Shown: one piece after another, positions 13,158-24,225 of the stretch
How positions within the stretch are numbered: position 1 is the stretch's first letter
Layout of the letters: every line of letters starts with the position of its first letter
DNA from: Octopus sinensis
Taxonomy: Eukaryota
Assembly (NCBI RefSeq): GCF_006345805.1
Contig: NC_043021.1
Coordinates: 17,732,001-17,796,000, forward strand
Reading direction: 5' to 3'
DNA: 64,000 nt
The notes under the pieces: model-generated
Databases searched by the model: none
Seen by the model: only the letters and a program-made list of their open reading frames with translations
What the model was told of the DNA's origin: nothing
Program-made: the position numbers and the translations under genes

Positions 13158-15544
13158 GCATCAACATTCCCATCCATGTATGTATTGTACAGACTGTTAT
13201 ATAACCAAAATATCTAATTGACTTAGTTGTGATATGAAAAGGTAATGGAAGCTGAAAGTATAAAAATCAATTTTAACAACCAGATGCAAATTCCATTTGC
13301 TCTATCATCAACTTGTTTTTAAATTCACTTCATGCCAATTTCTCTATTTCCCATAATCTTTATTTTTCGACATTCCACCTATGTCTATACTTAAATATTT
13401 TTCACCACTAACAGCTTCTTGAACTAGCTTCATCTGAATCATCATTAAATGCTATTTTGAACCATTTCCTACAATAGAACTGAATAAACCACTAATAGTT
13501 ATTGCAAATATATCTCATTGTTTCATTACTGACGCAACATGGAACTAAGTCACCCCCCCACACACACAACAACAACAACATTAATAGATGATTATTAAAT
13601 CATAGCTAGTAAATTACTGTCAATTCATGCTAAGTAATATGCCGTTGTTGTTGTTGTTGTATTATTCAACCCCTTTAGCATGCATTTAAGACACATCCTC
13701 TACTGCCTGAAGTGAAACCCTATGATAACAGGAGCAACCAATTTGACAACGGTGCCACTTGCATATAGTAGCAATACCCAATGGAAGAAATGCTGTATTC
13801 TATACTTGATTTCGAAAGGGGTGAAAAAACTGGAATACAGGACGGGGGTAAAGATAAGACTACAAAAGGGAAAATTTTGTATCAAAATTTAACTCTAAAT
13901 TAGGGGTGCAACTTATATACGAGCTAATACAGTAAATTCCTAGAAAGGCAACAAACCTGATAGTTTGTACAGAAATGTTGGAATCCGAGTCCTTGAAATA
14001 GTTAAAAGTTGATATTTAAATTACTCTACAAAATCACACTAAACAGAACAATACATACTAAAGGCTGGCTTTCACAAATCAATATTCTCTGTTCAATGAC
14101 TCTTCTATAAATCTGTTTACAACAGTCACAGTTCTATAATGTCCCACTTACTGGAAGCTAAGTTAATAATAATATACAACAGATCTTATTGAAGCCAATG
14201 TGCTACAAGTCAGTTACCTCTGGAACACCTCAATACGTCGGTGTTAACGGGGTGCTTTAGAACTGTCGTAGCCTATTAACACACTAACACGACAACTCCA
14301 CAAAAACCCAATAACTTCATCATAACAACCACCAACCTTTTCATTAAAGCATTGAAAAAACACAGCCCGATTGTGAAGAAATTTCATAATTTAATGAAAA
14401 CCAGAAAACTAAACCCATTAAGGGTTGGCTGAAATATAAACCATTCTCACCATTCTCATGCCTTAGAATTATGCTTGATATATCAGAACTTAACCCACCC
14501 CTGCCTAAGAGTACAAAATATTGGAAGTATTTCATTAACTGGTTCTTACCCAAACACACAACCATAGGTAGTTTCCTCTGCCCTCCCTCCTCCACCTCTA
14601 GAACTATAGCTTGTTAACAGTTTGACAAAGACTTTCATATCAATCTGTGTGTGTATAAGAGAAGAACTTTCAGCAATTTCCTTCTAGAAGAGAAGAAAGC
14701 TTTTGCTAGATACAAACATCAATGACTGATTGATAAAGTTTTCACTGAAAACAGTTGAATAAGAAAAAAAGATGTTTAGCTTTTATCCCAGCAAGCCACA
14801 CAAAAACCATGCTTGGTTTGCTTTAAAGTTATCTAAATTAAAACCTTTTATCAAAATTTCATGTTAGCTTTCAGAAGCCTACATAGACGAAACCCATCAC
14901 CCATCAGATTGAGAGCAACAGTTAAGAAATATTTCATGTTGGAAGACTTAGAGACTTAACACAGGTAACTGATAATTAATATCCTCAATGTGTCACACTC
15001 CACTGGTTACAATGACAAGTGTTCCTGTTGACCCATGAAATGGGCAAATTGCTGAGTACTCCATAGATATGCATACCCTTAATGTGGTTCTCAGTGGGGG
15101 TTCAGTGCGACACAGAGTTACTGGTACAACTTATTTTTGCCAGTTGAGTGGACTGGAGTAATATGAAATAATGTGTCTTGCCCAACGACACGACACGCTA
15201 CCAGGAATCAAACTGACAACCATACAATCGTAAGTCAGATACCCTAACCACGAAGCCACACGTATTCACAATATCTTCAATAAGCAGGCATAGAAGTATA
15301 CAGAAGTAGAGAATTCCTGGTGTTTAACCCTATCATACCCAAATTATCAACCTGCAAAAAGTAAGCATTTTTAGTAAGTCTAAAAGCTTGAATGGATCAG
15401 AGGCAATAAGCGCCCAGTATTTGTTTGCATGCAACAATGTCTTGTTTGTAAAAAGTTGCATCTAGATTTACAAGATTGATAAACAACTGGTATTATGTGT
15501 TTCATTTGCTCAATCTAGTGTCATAACATTGATTATAGTAAATA

Positions 15545-15925
15545 GTGGAGGCGCAATGGCCCCGTGGTTAGGGCAGCGGACTTGCGGTCGTAGGATCGCG
15601 GTTTCGATTCCCAGACCGGGCGTTGTGAGTGTTTATTGAGCGAAAACACCTAAAGCTCCACGAGGCTCCAGCAGGGATGGTGGTGATCCCTGCTGTACTC
15701 TTTCAGCACAACTTTCTCTCACTCTTACTTCCTGTTTCTGTTGTACCTGTATTTCAAAGGGCCGGCCTTGTCATTCTGTGTCACGCTGAATATCCCCGAG
15801 AACTACGTTAAGGGTACACGTGTCTGTGGAGTGCTCAGCCACTTACACGTTAATTTCACGAGCAGGCTGTTCTGTTGATCGGATCAACCGGAACCCTCGT
15901 AACCGACAGAGTGCTTCCAATCCAA
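15545..15925 (+). mobile_element. Young full-length tRNA-derived SINE (~380 bp)
   Basis: A-box TGGCCCGTGG and B-box GTTTCGATTCC in the head; CpG-rich; 11-bp TSD TATAGTAAATA at 15534-15544 and 15926-15936. Confidence 0.9.
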
Positions 15926-17089
15926 TATAGTAAATACTTTAGAAGTGTGATTTATGTTTATAGAAACAGCAAGGAGTCTATTATAGTCAAAATATTAGAC
16001 CAAACATTGAAGAAATAACAATTACAGGGGCAAATTTCAAAGAATATGGCTTATTTCTAATAAGAATGTACATCGGTGATTGTAAAAACTTTGTTGCGTT
16101 TGTGGGGTAGGGGTCAAATGAAAACCTTACTAGCAGCACACTTTGTACAGAAAAAGTGACTTACAGGAGAATATACCAGACAGAAACTAAAAGAAGCCTG
16201 TTGAGTATCTGTGTGTGTCTCCTTGTCTTGACATTGGATAATAGTTGTAAATGAGAGTCACTGTCATACAAGCAGTGTCATTCATCTCCAGTCCTCTTTG
16301 CAAATATGTCTGGCCACAGGGAGATATTACTTTGCTTGGGAAAAGGAGAGCATTGGCGACAGGAGGGACATGCAGCCATAAAAATCTACCTCAACAGACT
16401 TTGTCCAACCAATGCAAGCATGGATATGTGGACGGTAAAATGATGACAATAATGAAAGAGGAATTCAGATGTATTTCAAAAAGTAAATTGTTTCCAATAT
16501 TAATCTAGTTTCCCCCTTATCATCTTTATCATTTTCAAAGCTGTTCTCCTCCTGCTGACATGGGTTGCAGAAGGATCCCCTTCAGTCATGAATTACCATG
16601 AGATTGCACCTAGAAAGTTCCCCTCCAAGGTACAAGTCTGGGCAAGGCTTGTTTATGGAAGACCAGCAGTCACCTATGCATACCAGCCTCCCCTCTCTGT
16701 GCCACCGATGTTATCCAAGGGAAAGACAAAGAGGCCAATAAAGCTTGGCACCACTGACATTGTAACTCATTTCTACAGCTGATTGGATTGGAGCAACGTG
16801 AAGTAAAGTGTTTTACTCAAGAACACAACACACAGCCAAGTCAGGGAATCAAACTCACTACCTCATGATTGTGAGCCTGACACTCTAAAACCACCTGCAC
16901 GACATGGGTTATAAAGCCCACTTTATAGCATATCACTACCATTTTTGATCTTGTGTTGCATTACCTGCAAGATCCAGTCTGACAAACCTATTACCCCTGC
17001 TTCTTCACTTCATCATAGAAACATAATATTCAATTGAAAGAAAATCATTTCAAACAAACATTTGAACCTCCTTTACAAAAACAGAAAGG

Positions 17090-17146
<57 letters not shown>

Positions 17147-17544
17147 TATGTGTATATGTAAGTTTACAGAAGTAAAGTGTAATTATTATCATGATACCAT
17201 TGATAATTACACTATTCAGCATTAGTACATATCATCACCATAATTTAATGTCCAATTTTCATGCTAACAAGGATTGGCTGGTTTGATAGGACCTGGTGAG
17301 CTACAGGGTTGCATCAAGTTCAAGTGTCAGCTTTGGCATGGTTTCCGCATCTAGATGCCCTTCCTAATGCCCACCACTTTACAGTGTATGTTGGACAAGG
17401 TTTTTTTTTTAAATATTTCTTTTTTTTTTTTTTTCCCCCCCCTAGTGAGATAACCAAAGTAAGTTGCAAGACAAGGAAAAAAATATATGCTGTAAAAGAT
17501 AGAAACAAAACTTGCACAAAAGAGAGAGAATTAACGGAACTTAC

Positions 17545-17770
17545 CAAGAATTTAAACTTTGAAAATCATATAAAGAGTCTGTGACTAGTATTTGCTCATC
17601 TTCAATTTCATTTGTTGGAAGAAGAGGACGCTTAAGAAGTTTTGATTCCATGTGCCGATGCTGTGATCTTAGCCAACTGTTATTGTCAGTGTCTATTTTG
17701 AAATCTTGCTGCTGCTGTTGTTGTGGCTGTTGTTGAAGTTGTTGTGGATGCGTCTGCTGTGTTTGCTGCA

Positions 17771-17801
<31 letters not shown>

Positions 17802-17813
17802 CTGTTGTTGTGC

Positions 17814-17848
<35 letters not shown>

Positions 17849-18620
17849 TTGTTGCTGTTGTTGCTGCTGCTGCTGCTGGTGATGCTGCAGCTGTAAATTG
17901 GCAGGAGAAGGTGTGGCTTCCATTTTGGGGCTTGGCTCCTCAGACTTCAAATACAAGTCATTGCCATTATATAACATAACACTCTGAGAATCACCAATCG
18001 ATGCTGGCTTGCTGCCACCACTGCCCCCACCACTGCTCACAGTACTATTACCCACCCCGCTGTTATTGTTACCCCCATTACCACCTCCCCCGCTTGTGCT
18101 CATACCACTTCCACTACTAGAACCAACACTACCACTAACTCCAATATCTTTGTCCGAACCAGATTTCTGTGGAGGAGGGTGTGGGCTCAATGTAGGCATT
18201 GCAGGGTCCATATTTTGATTGCCTAAAGGCTGGTTGCGGGTTTCAGAGTCTAATGGAGAGGGAGCCGGCGTGGATGGAGAATCCACCCCAGCACTCCCAC
18301 AAGGTTCTACTGTGTTATGAAGCTGGGGTAAACCTGGTGTGACCCCACCAGGCCCACCAGCTGTGTTAGAGGAAGAAGAGTTTGGAGGAGGCCTAAATGC
18401 AGGGTTTGGGGGCATCGGTGGTATCATATCCAATTCAAAGTGAAAGAGATCATCATGCTGTAGAGAGCGTCTATGAAATGGAATAACGTTCCTTCCATGC
18501 CGAGATTGCTGCCTATCAAATTTTTCAGGTTTCTCCCCCTTCACATGTTTGTTGCTGCCACACGGTAACAAGCTTTTAGTTGCGTTCTGAGCCAAAGATT
18601 TCGACTTGGAATTTCTATGC
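17545..18620 (-). CDS. MED13: MED13 large exon (1076 nt as given; 1077 needed): HRNSKSK...VIPFHRR...PTLSPHPP...G/S/N-rich...polyQ...[frameshift ~17811]...KLLKRPLLPTNEIEDEQILVTDSLYDFQSLNS
   Basis: Acceptor ttctttcttgtttcag|G, donor TG|gtaagt. RH.N.KS, PFH.R and LSPHP match human MED13. After a 1-nt gap in the CAG/CAA tract, the Q-rich, coding-like frame stays open to the donor. Confidence 0.9.
17772..17878 (-). repeat. Coding CAG/CAA repeat (polyQ): 22 codons + one broken codon + 13 codons
   Basis: Plus-strand ctg/ttg triplets counted directly, with a 2-nt tg unit at 17811-17812. Confidence 0.9.
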
Positions 18621-18745
18621 CTGAAACAAGAAAGAAAACTTTCACTGAACAACGATGGTTTGAGTGAAACAGCAAAGTATAATGATTTCGTGTAATAACA
18701 ATAATAATGATAATAACAATAATGATGATGATGATGATGATGATG

Positions 18746-19292
18746 AATAAGAATAAATGTCCTGATACAGTACCAGGCAGTGGCTCTCATGGCTTCTGAT
18801 CTTAACTGATTGGAAGTGTTATCATGTACATTGTTTTGTTTTGGTATGAAAGATGGACTTCAGCAAATATTCTGCTCAATACCACAGATTTGCTTGTCAG
18901 TTGTTTGACCTTATCCAATTGAGCATGTCCCTTAGTGGCTGACAATATGTGCATCATTGATCATAAGCAGAAGTAGTGGGGGAGCATCATAGCCATGTGT
19001 TGAGAGGAATCCTTAGGGGTTTGAATAATTTACCTTTGGAAACATGGGTGTTTCATTCAACATACTTACACAACCTTTATTCAGAGACCTTTTGAGCAGG
19101 ATGAGCTACTTGACCTGAAGAAAATTCTAAGTGGGCCCCAACCACAAGGTCAATTGCTGTTTATCTTGATATGAGATCACCATTCCGCGCACGTATGATT
19201 GTGATGCATGTGCCTAGTGTACCCTTATCAAATGGGTACCCCAGTGTCACTTTGATGGCATGCACTGCTCTCTCAATAATAATAATAATAAT
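18746..19292 (+). mobile_element. ~550-bp interspersed repeat with (AAT)n tail (retroposon-like)
   Basis: Higher GC than its flanks, ends in ...GCACTGCTCTCTCAATAATAAT. Recognised from memory as an abundant octopus repeat; only one copy in this window. Confidence 0.5.
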
Positions 19293-19828
19293 AACTAGCT
19301 GGACCCATGAAAAATTCACAGAAAACATAAAAAATGTAAGCATCTGTAAACCATGTACTTGGTGCCATGGAAAATGTTTGTATATTATGACCATCTGTCT
19401 TAACGTTCTTAGTTCAAATTCTGCCAAGATCGATTTTGCCTTTCATCTTTTTGGGGTCAATAAATTCAGTACCAGTTGTGTATTGGGGTCAATTTAATCA
19501 ACTGCCACCGCCCCCCTTCCCCACAAAAAATTTGGGTCTTACAAAAGTACATTGTGACAGTTACAGAATACAGAAAGTAATGTGACACCAATGACTATAT
19601 AATCCAACCAAAATATCTCAGTTACACAAACGTAAACAGAATTACTATTTAACCTTAAAATACATCGTTACACATTCAAAGAACCTTAATGTACAAATTG
19701 AAATGCGAAAGAACGAAATAATGGATTTATGAATGAATGTTTGGTAATAGTGTTCATTTCCACCACACAACACTTATTATTGCAAACATGTTTTAACTAA
19801 CCTAAACTATACACACACACACACACAC

Positions 19829-19869
<41 letters not shown>

Positions 19870-21660
19870 TCGAATTGTAGCTGTAATTCAAAGGGGCCAG
19901 CCTTGTCATAATCTGTATGAGGCTGAACCTCCCCGAGAACAATGTTAATGTTATGCATGTCTGTGGAGTACTCAGCCATTTGTGAGTTAATTTTATCCTC
20001 GTGTGATAATGAAAAGTGAAATTGACATCCAATATTTGCTGTGTGTATGTACCTATGTATGAACTTTCCTTTGGATTTATGTATCTACTGTTTCTCTCGC
20101 TTTCTCTCTCACTATCCATTTCTCTCTAACTCTCTCTCTTCCTTTCTGTCCTCCTCTCTCTCGCTTTGCCACTTTTTTGAAGTGTGACGCACACAACAGG
20201 TACATACAAAAACAAAAAGTTAGCATATTAATATTATTGATAATAATAATAATAATAATAATCCTTTCTAATTTCAGCGCAAGGCCAGCAGTTTGGGTTC
20301 ACAAGGGTTAGCCAATCACATTGATCTCAGTACTTGACTGGTGCTTTAGTTTACTGACCCCCAGAGAGATAAGGAGCAAAGACATCCTTGACAGGGTTTA
20401 AGCTAAGAGTGTAAAAAAAGCCAGAAAGAGAAACTGCACAAGCACAAGACCAGTAGTTTTAAAGTGTGATGGTTAGTCATAAGTCAACCCCAGTACATAA
20501 CTGGTACTTTATTTCATTAGCTCCAAATGGATGAAAGGCAAAGTCGACTTTGGTGGGATTTGATCTCAGAATGTAAAGAAATGGATCAGACACTGCAAGA
20601 CTCTTACCCAATGCTCTGCTACATCTGAATAAATGTACTAAGACCCTAACAACACAGCTACAGACAATATGGTAACAATAATATTGTTATGTACAATAAT
20701 ATATAATAATATAACACTAACAAGCTGTCGATAAAGAACTACACAAAAGCAATATCTATACCGACACAGATCAATTATTGCTAAACAAAATCCAAATTAA
20801 TCAATAATTTTAGAGAGGAAAAATAATTTGTTTTGAACAACTTTTCAATAAGTACTTTCCTCCTCCATCAATTTTGCCATTCATTCTTTTGGGAGTGAGA
20901 TGAAAGAGAAAAAAAAACAGCACCATTTCAAGGTGAGAGTTGGTGGAATTGTTAGAGTATTGGATAGGATGTTGTGTGGAATATGTTCTGCTTAGGTACA
21001 CTGTGTGTTCAAATCCTGCCCCGGCACTACAAAAAACACAGGCATTTCTGCCAAGAACTGCAGAGTTTCCTTAGTACAATCAGAAGATTGTATAAAATTA
21101 TAGCTGTTGTTGCTATTTAGCCCCAGGTGATCCTGAGGCACCACCACAACACCAGTCTGTTCTACAGGACTAAGATCAAATCCTCCAGCACACCAACAGT
21201 TCCCTATGGCCCATAGTCCTTTACAGGCAGATCACAACAAAATATCCAGTGGTTCACATTAAAATCTGTGCTACATATTACACCTGTATTAAATATTTGC
21301 AGTCAAAAATTTGAGAATTTCATTTTCCATTACGTTACACTATTTGATGTTTAATTAAATTTATTCTATTTAGTTTCTAGTTATATTTCATAGATTTTTT
21401 TTATACTCCAATGAGCCATGAAAATATTCAGTACATCAAAGTGATCCACATGAAGAAACCAGTTTAGAATCCCTGCTATAACATAAAAAGTTGAATATAA
21501 ACAACAACCAGTCGTTCTTAATCACCTCCTGACAAGGGCAATGATTAGGTAAGGAAATAGTCGAGAGGCAGGAGGGTGATTTCCATAACTAGCTTTACAT
21601 AAAGTTTACCCATTTTTAGGTTCACAATCCACCCAACTTCTCCACCCTCTATTTGTAGGA

Positions 21661-21892
21661 AGGCGGCGAGCTGGCAGAAACGTTAGCACGCCGGGCGAAA
21701 TGCGTAGCCGTATTTCGTCTGTCGTTACGTTCCGAGTTCAAATTCCGCCGAGGTCGACTTTGCCTTTCATCCTTTCGGGATCGATAAATTAAGTGCCAGT
21801 TACGCACTGGGGTCAATGTAATCGACTTGATCCCTTTGTCTGTCCTTGTTTGTCCCCTCTGTGTTTAGCCCCTTGTGGTTAGTGAATAAATA
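21661..21892 (+). mobile_element. tRNA-derived SINE, family A, young copy
   Basis: Pol III B-box-like GAGTTCAAATTCC; 14-bp TSD TATTTGTAGGAAGG at 21650-21663 and 21893-21906. Confidence 0.9.
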
Positions 21893-21906
21893 TATTTGTA
21901 GGAAGG

Positions 21907-22142
21907 TCATGAGGGCAGGGTCCTCGAGCACATCCTCCATAGTGTCCCATCAAAAGCAACCATCTTTACACTTTCTGGCTGGATTCCCCAACACAACCAA
22001 CTGAGACTATGGGTGTTATCCAACCATTTCGTTCCTAGTCTACCCCTAGGTCTCCTGTTAGTCGACTCAGCTTGAAGCGTCTTCGTTGCAACTCTTTCCT
22101 GTGGTATTCTAATCACGGGTCTGTAGTACTGGAGCTGTGATC
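21907..22142 (-). mobile_element. 5'-truncated RTE-clade LINE fragment (C-terminal end of ORF2)
   Basis: Translates as SQLQYYRPVIRIPQERVATKTLQAESTNRRPRGRLGTKWLD...VAFDGTLWR, fitting the RTE C-terminal pattern L.(W/Y)FGHV.RM..ER...RPRGRP...W...A.DR..WR. Confidence 0.7.
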
Positions 22143-22340
22143 CTTCACCTCAACAAAACTATCAATCCCTAATGATAGAATAACCCAGTACACACAAAGG
22201 GGAACAAAGTGCAAAATTAGGCTATTTTACAGCATTTTTAATAAGACAAGCCACGCTGCCATTTCCTGAGTCAACTAACTGAAGAAGATTTCAATAATAC
22301 AAGCTATAAAAAAGAAGGTATAGTTGTTGTTGTTGTTTAC

Positions 22341-22424
22341 CTGATACAGTTACAGGAAGCTTTAGAGGTTGGATCACCAAAATCCCAGATAAGCAACATA
22401 TCCTCAGAAGTCAAATCAGGATTC
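22341..22424 (-). CDS. MED13: MED13 exon (84 nt): (R)NPDLTSEDMLLIWDFGDPTSKASCNCI(R)
   Basis: Acceptor ttccttttacttctag|G, donor AG|gtaaac. Matches human SWDFVEATQRTNCSCLR. Phase 2-2; absent from the ORF track because it is short. Confidence 0.93.
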
Positions 22425-22639
22425 CTAGAAGTAAAAGGAAGAAAACATGTTAAAGACAATAAACAAAAGAAAAAAAAAAGGGTTTCTATCAGAATTTCTA
22501 ATTTGACTAATATCAATTCATTTAATCAATTATAATTCAATCAAGCTAATTAAGGGGATGATTGGCTGTTAAATTTTTTATCTGTTCATTTTTTTCTGTG
22601 CCGGTAGCACAAAAAAAAAAAAAAAAAAAAAAGCACCAA

Positions 22640-22861
22640 CTGATCGTGGCCGATGCCAGACCCCTCTGGCACCTGTGCAGGTGGCACGTAAAAAGCACCC
22701 ACTACACTCGCGGAGTGGTTGGCGTTAGGAAGGGCATCCAGCTGTAGAAACACTGCCAGATCAGACTGGAGCCTGGGGCAGCCCCTGGCTCCCCAGACCC
22801 CGGTCGAACCGTCCAACCCGTGCTAGCGCGGAAAACGGACGTTAAACGATGATGATGATGA
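22640..22861 (+). mobile_element. Young 3' fragment of SINE family B (RTE-like tail ending GGACGTTAAACGATGATGATG)
   Basis: CpG-rich; GGTTGGCGTTAGGAAGGGCATCCAGCTGTAGAAAC...GCTAGCGCGGAAAACGGACGTTAAAC(GAT)n. Related copies near 10448 (-), 17230 (-), 26100, 37960, 40218 (-) and 51120. Confidence 0.8.
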
Positions 22862-23585
22862 TTTTCTCTGCTAGCATGAATGCTATTGTTTCACAGCAGG
22901 ATACCCTTCCTGTTGTTAACACTTTCAAAGATGTGTGGGATAGGAAGCCCCAAGTAAGGGATCTCCTATCCTACGCATTTTTGAAAGTGCAAAGCCAGTA
23001 GACAATTTGTTGATAAGGAAATAACATTGTCAGTTTGTAGGTCAGGAGGCGGGGCAAAGTGCATATGAAAACCTGCATACACACACGCACAATAGATTCT
23101 ACACAATTTCCGTCTATCAAATTCACTCACAAAACATTTGTTGGCCCAGGACTACATTAGAGTACATTTGCCCAAGGTGTTGCACAGTGGGACTGAACCT
23201 GAAACCAAGTGGCTTCAAAATGAACTTCTTAACCACATAGCCGTACCTATCTTGCAAAACTGTTTATAGTTTTTTAGCACCAGGTCAGCCATTCTAGTCA
23301 TGGTTTATTTTTTTTGTTTTGTTTTTTAACCAGGCAATATGTATCAAGGATTACATTATCCAATGTGTCCTTTCTTGTGATTTAAAAGATTTAGCTGCTC
23401 CTTCTAGCAGTCATGCAACAAACAACGTAGAGGTTCCCTGGATGACTTCTTTTAAATGTAAATGCAGATGGTGTAGAACAAATAAATTATGAGTGGAAGT
23501 GGCAAATTTTGATACAATTCACTTGTTAATTTGAAAATGCTAAGAAATAATGGTGAGAAATTAAAATTTGGTTCATTTCCATTAC

Positions 23586-23931
23586 CTTTTGCTTATTCCT
23601 GCCATTGTTACACTGTCTTGAGCAACTTTCTCCAGTATTCTGAAAGCTACAGAGTCAGCAGTTTGGTCCAAGGGTCCTAAGCTGGGTTCTACAGGTCCCG
23701 TGGCATATGGTAATGATGGACACAGCTTGAGACCCCCACCTGGAGGCAGTTGAGGCTCCCCAGGGGACGTTGGTGGAGTCAGGGGACCATTTGGAATGAC
23801 AGGATGTGGACATGATGGGCGCTGGATGGGTGGAACTGGTGCGGCAGCTAAAGTTGATGCTGGAACTGTTAAAGTAGGTTCTTCCTCACAAGTAAATATA
23901 AAAGCCGAGGGATAACGCATGTGTACTCCAG
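23586..23931 (-). CDS. MED13: MED13 exon (346 nt): (A)GVHMRYPSAFIFTCEEEP...GPLTPPTSPGEP...ILEKVAQDSVTMAGISK(R)
   Basis: Acceptor caattccag|CT, donor AG|gtaatg. Matches human AGVRMIYPACF and LTPPTSP. In frame with both neighbours. Confidence 0.95.
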
Positions 23932-24027
23932 CTGGAATTGAAACCATGAAGCAAGGGTTACACAAGTGTACAATAAATACTGCAATACAAAGAACTTTAT
24001 CAATACATTCAGTACAAGTTGTAAACA

Positions 24028-24061
<34 letters not shown>

Positions 24062-24065
<4 letters not shown>

Positions 24066-24225
24066 CAGAGGTACAAAAAAACAAAGACAGGTGAGGGAAC
24101 AAGATGCAGGTATATTAGTTTGACACTCAGGAAGAATGAAAAAGTCTTTGACATTTTGAGCTGACAGTCTTTGACAGAAAGGGATGAGAGGACAAAATGG
24201 AATAGGGCGGTAGAGAACGAAAAAA
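24062..24225 (-). mobile_element. (TA)n-adjacent short repeat with a decayed hammerhead-like motif
   Basis: Shares TATATAGTT..AAAGACAGGTG..AGTTTG.C.CTCAGGAA..AAAGTCTTT with 40527-40665. Confidence 0.55.

Noticed and set aside
13880-13935. End resembling a pogo/Tc2-type TIR (TAGGGGTGCAACTTATATACGAG…TACAGTA)
   Set aside because: No convincing matching left end or TSD found; too degraded to call.
15545-15625. tRNA-like sequence with A and B boxes (also at SINE heads 21661, 33110-33190, 36040-36115)
   Set aside because: These are SINE heads that continue into SINE bodies with TSDs; no complete cloverleaf or acceptor stem.
18621-18790. N-terminal part of the 365-aa ORF (poly-His, CYYHYYC)
   Set aside because: This is intronic (ATC)n/(ATT)n sequence upstream of the acceptor at 18621. 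The N/S-rich C-terminal tail of the same ORF is the out-of-frame product of the polyQ deletion.
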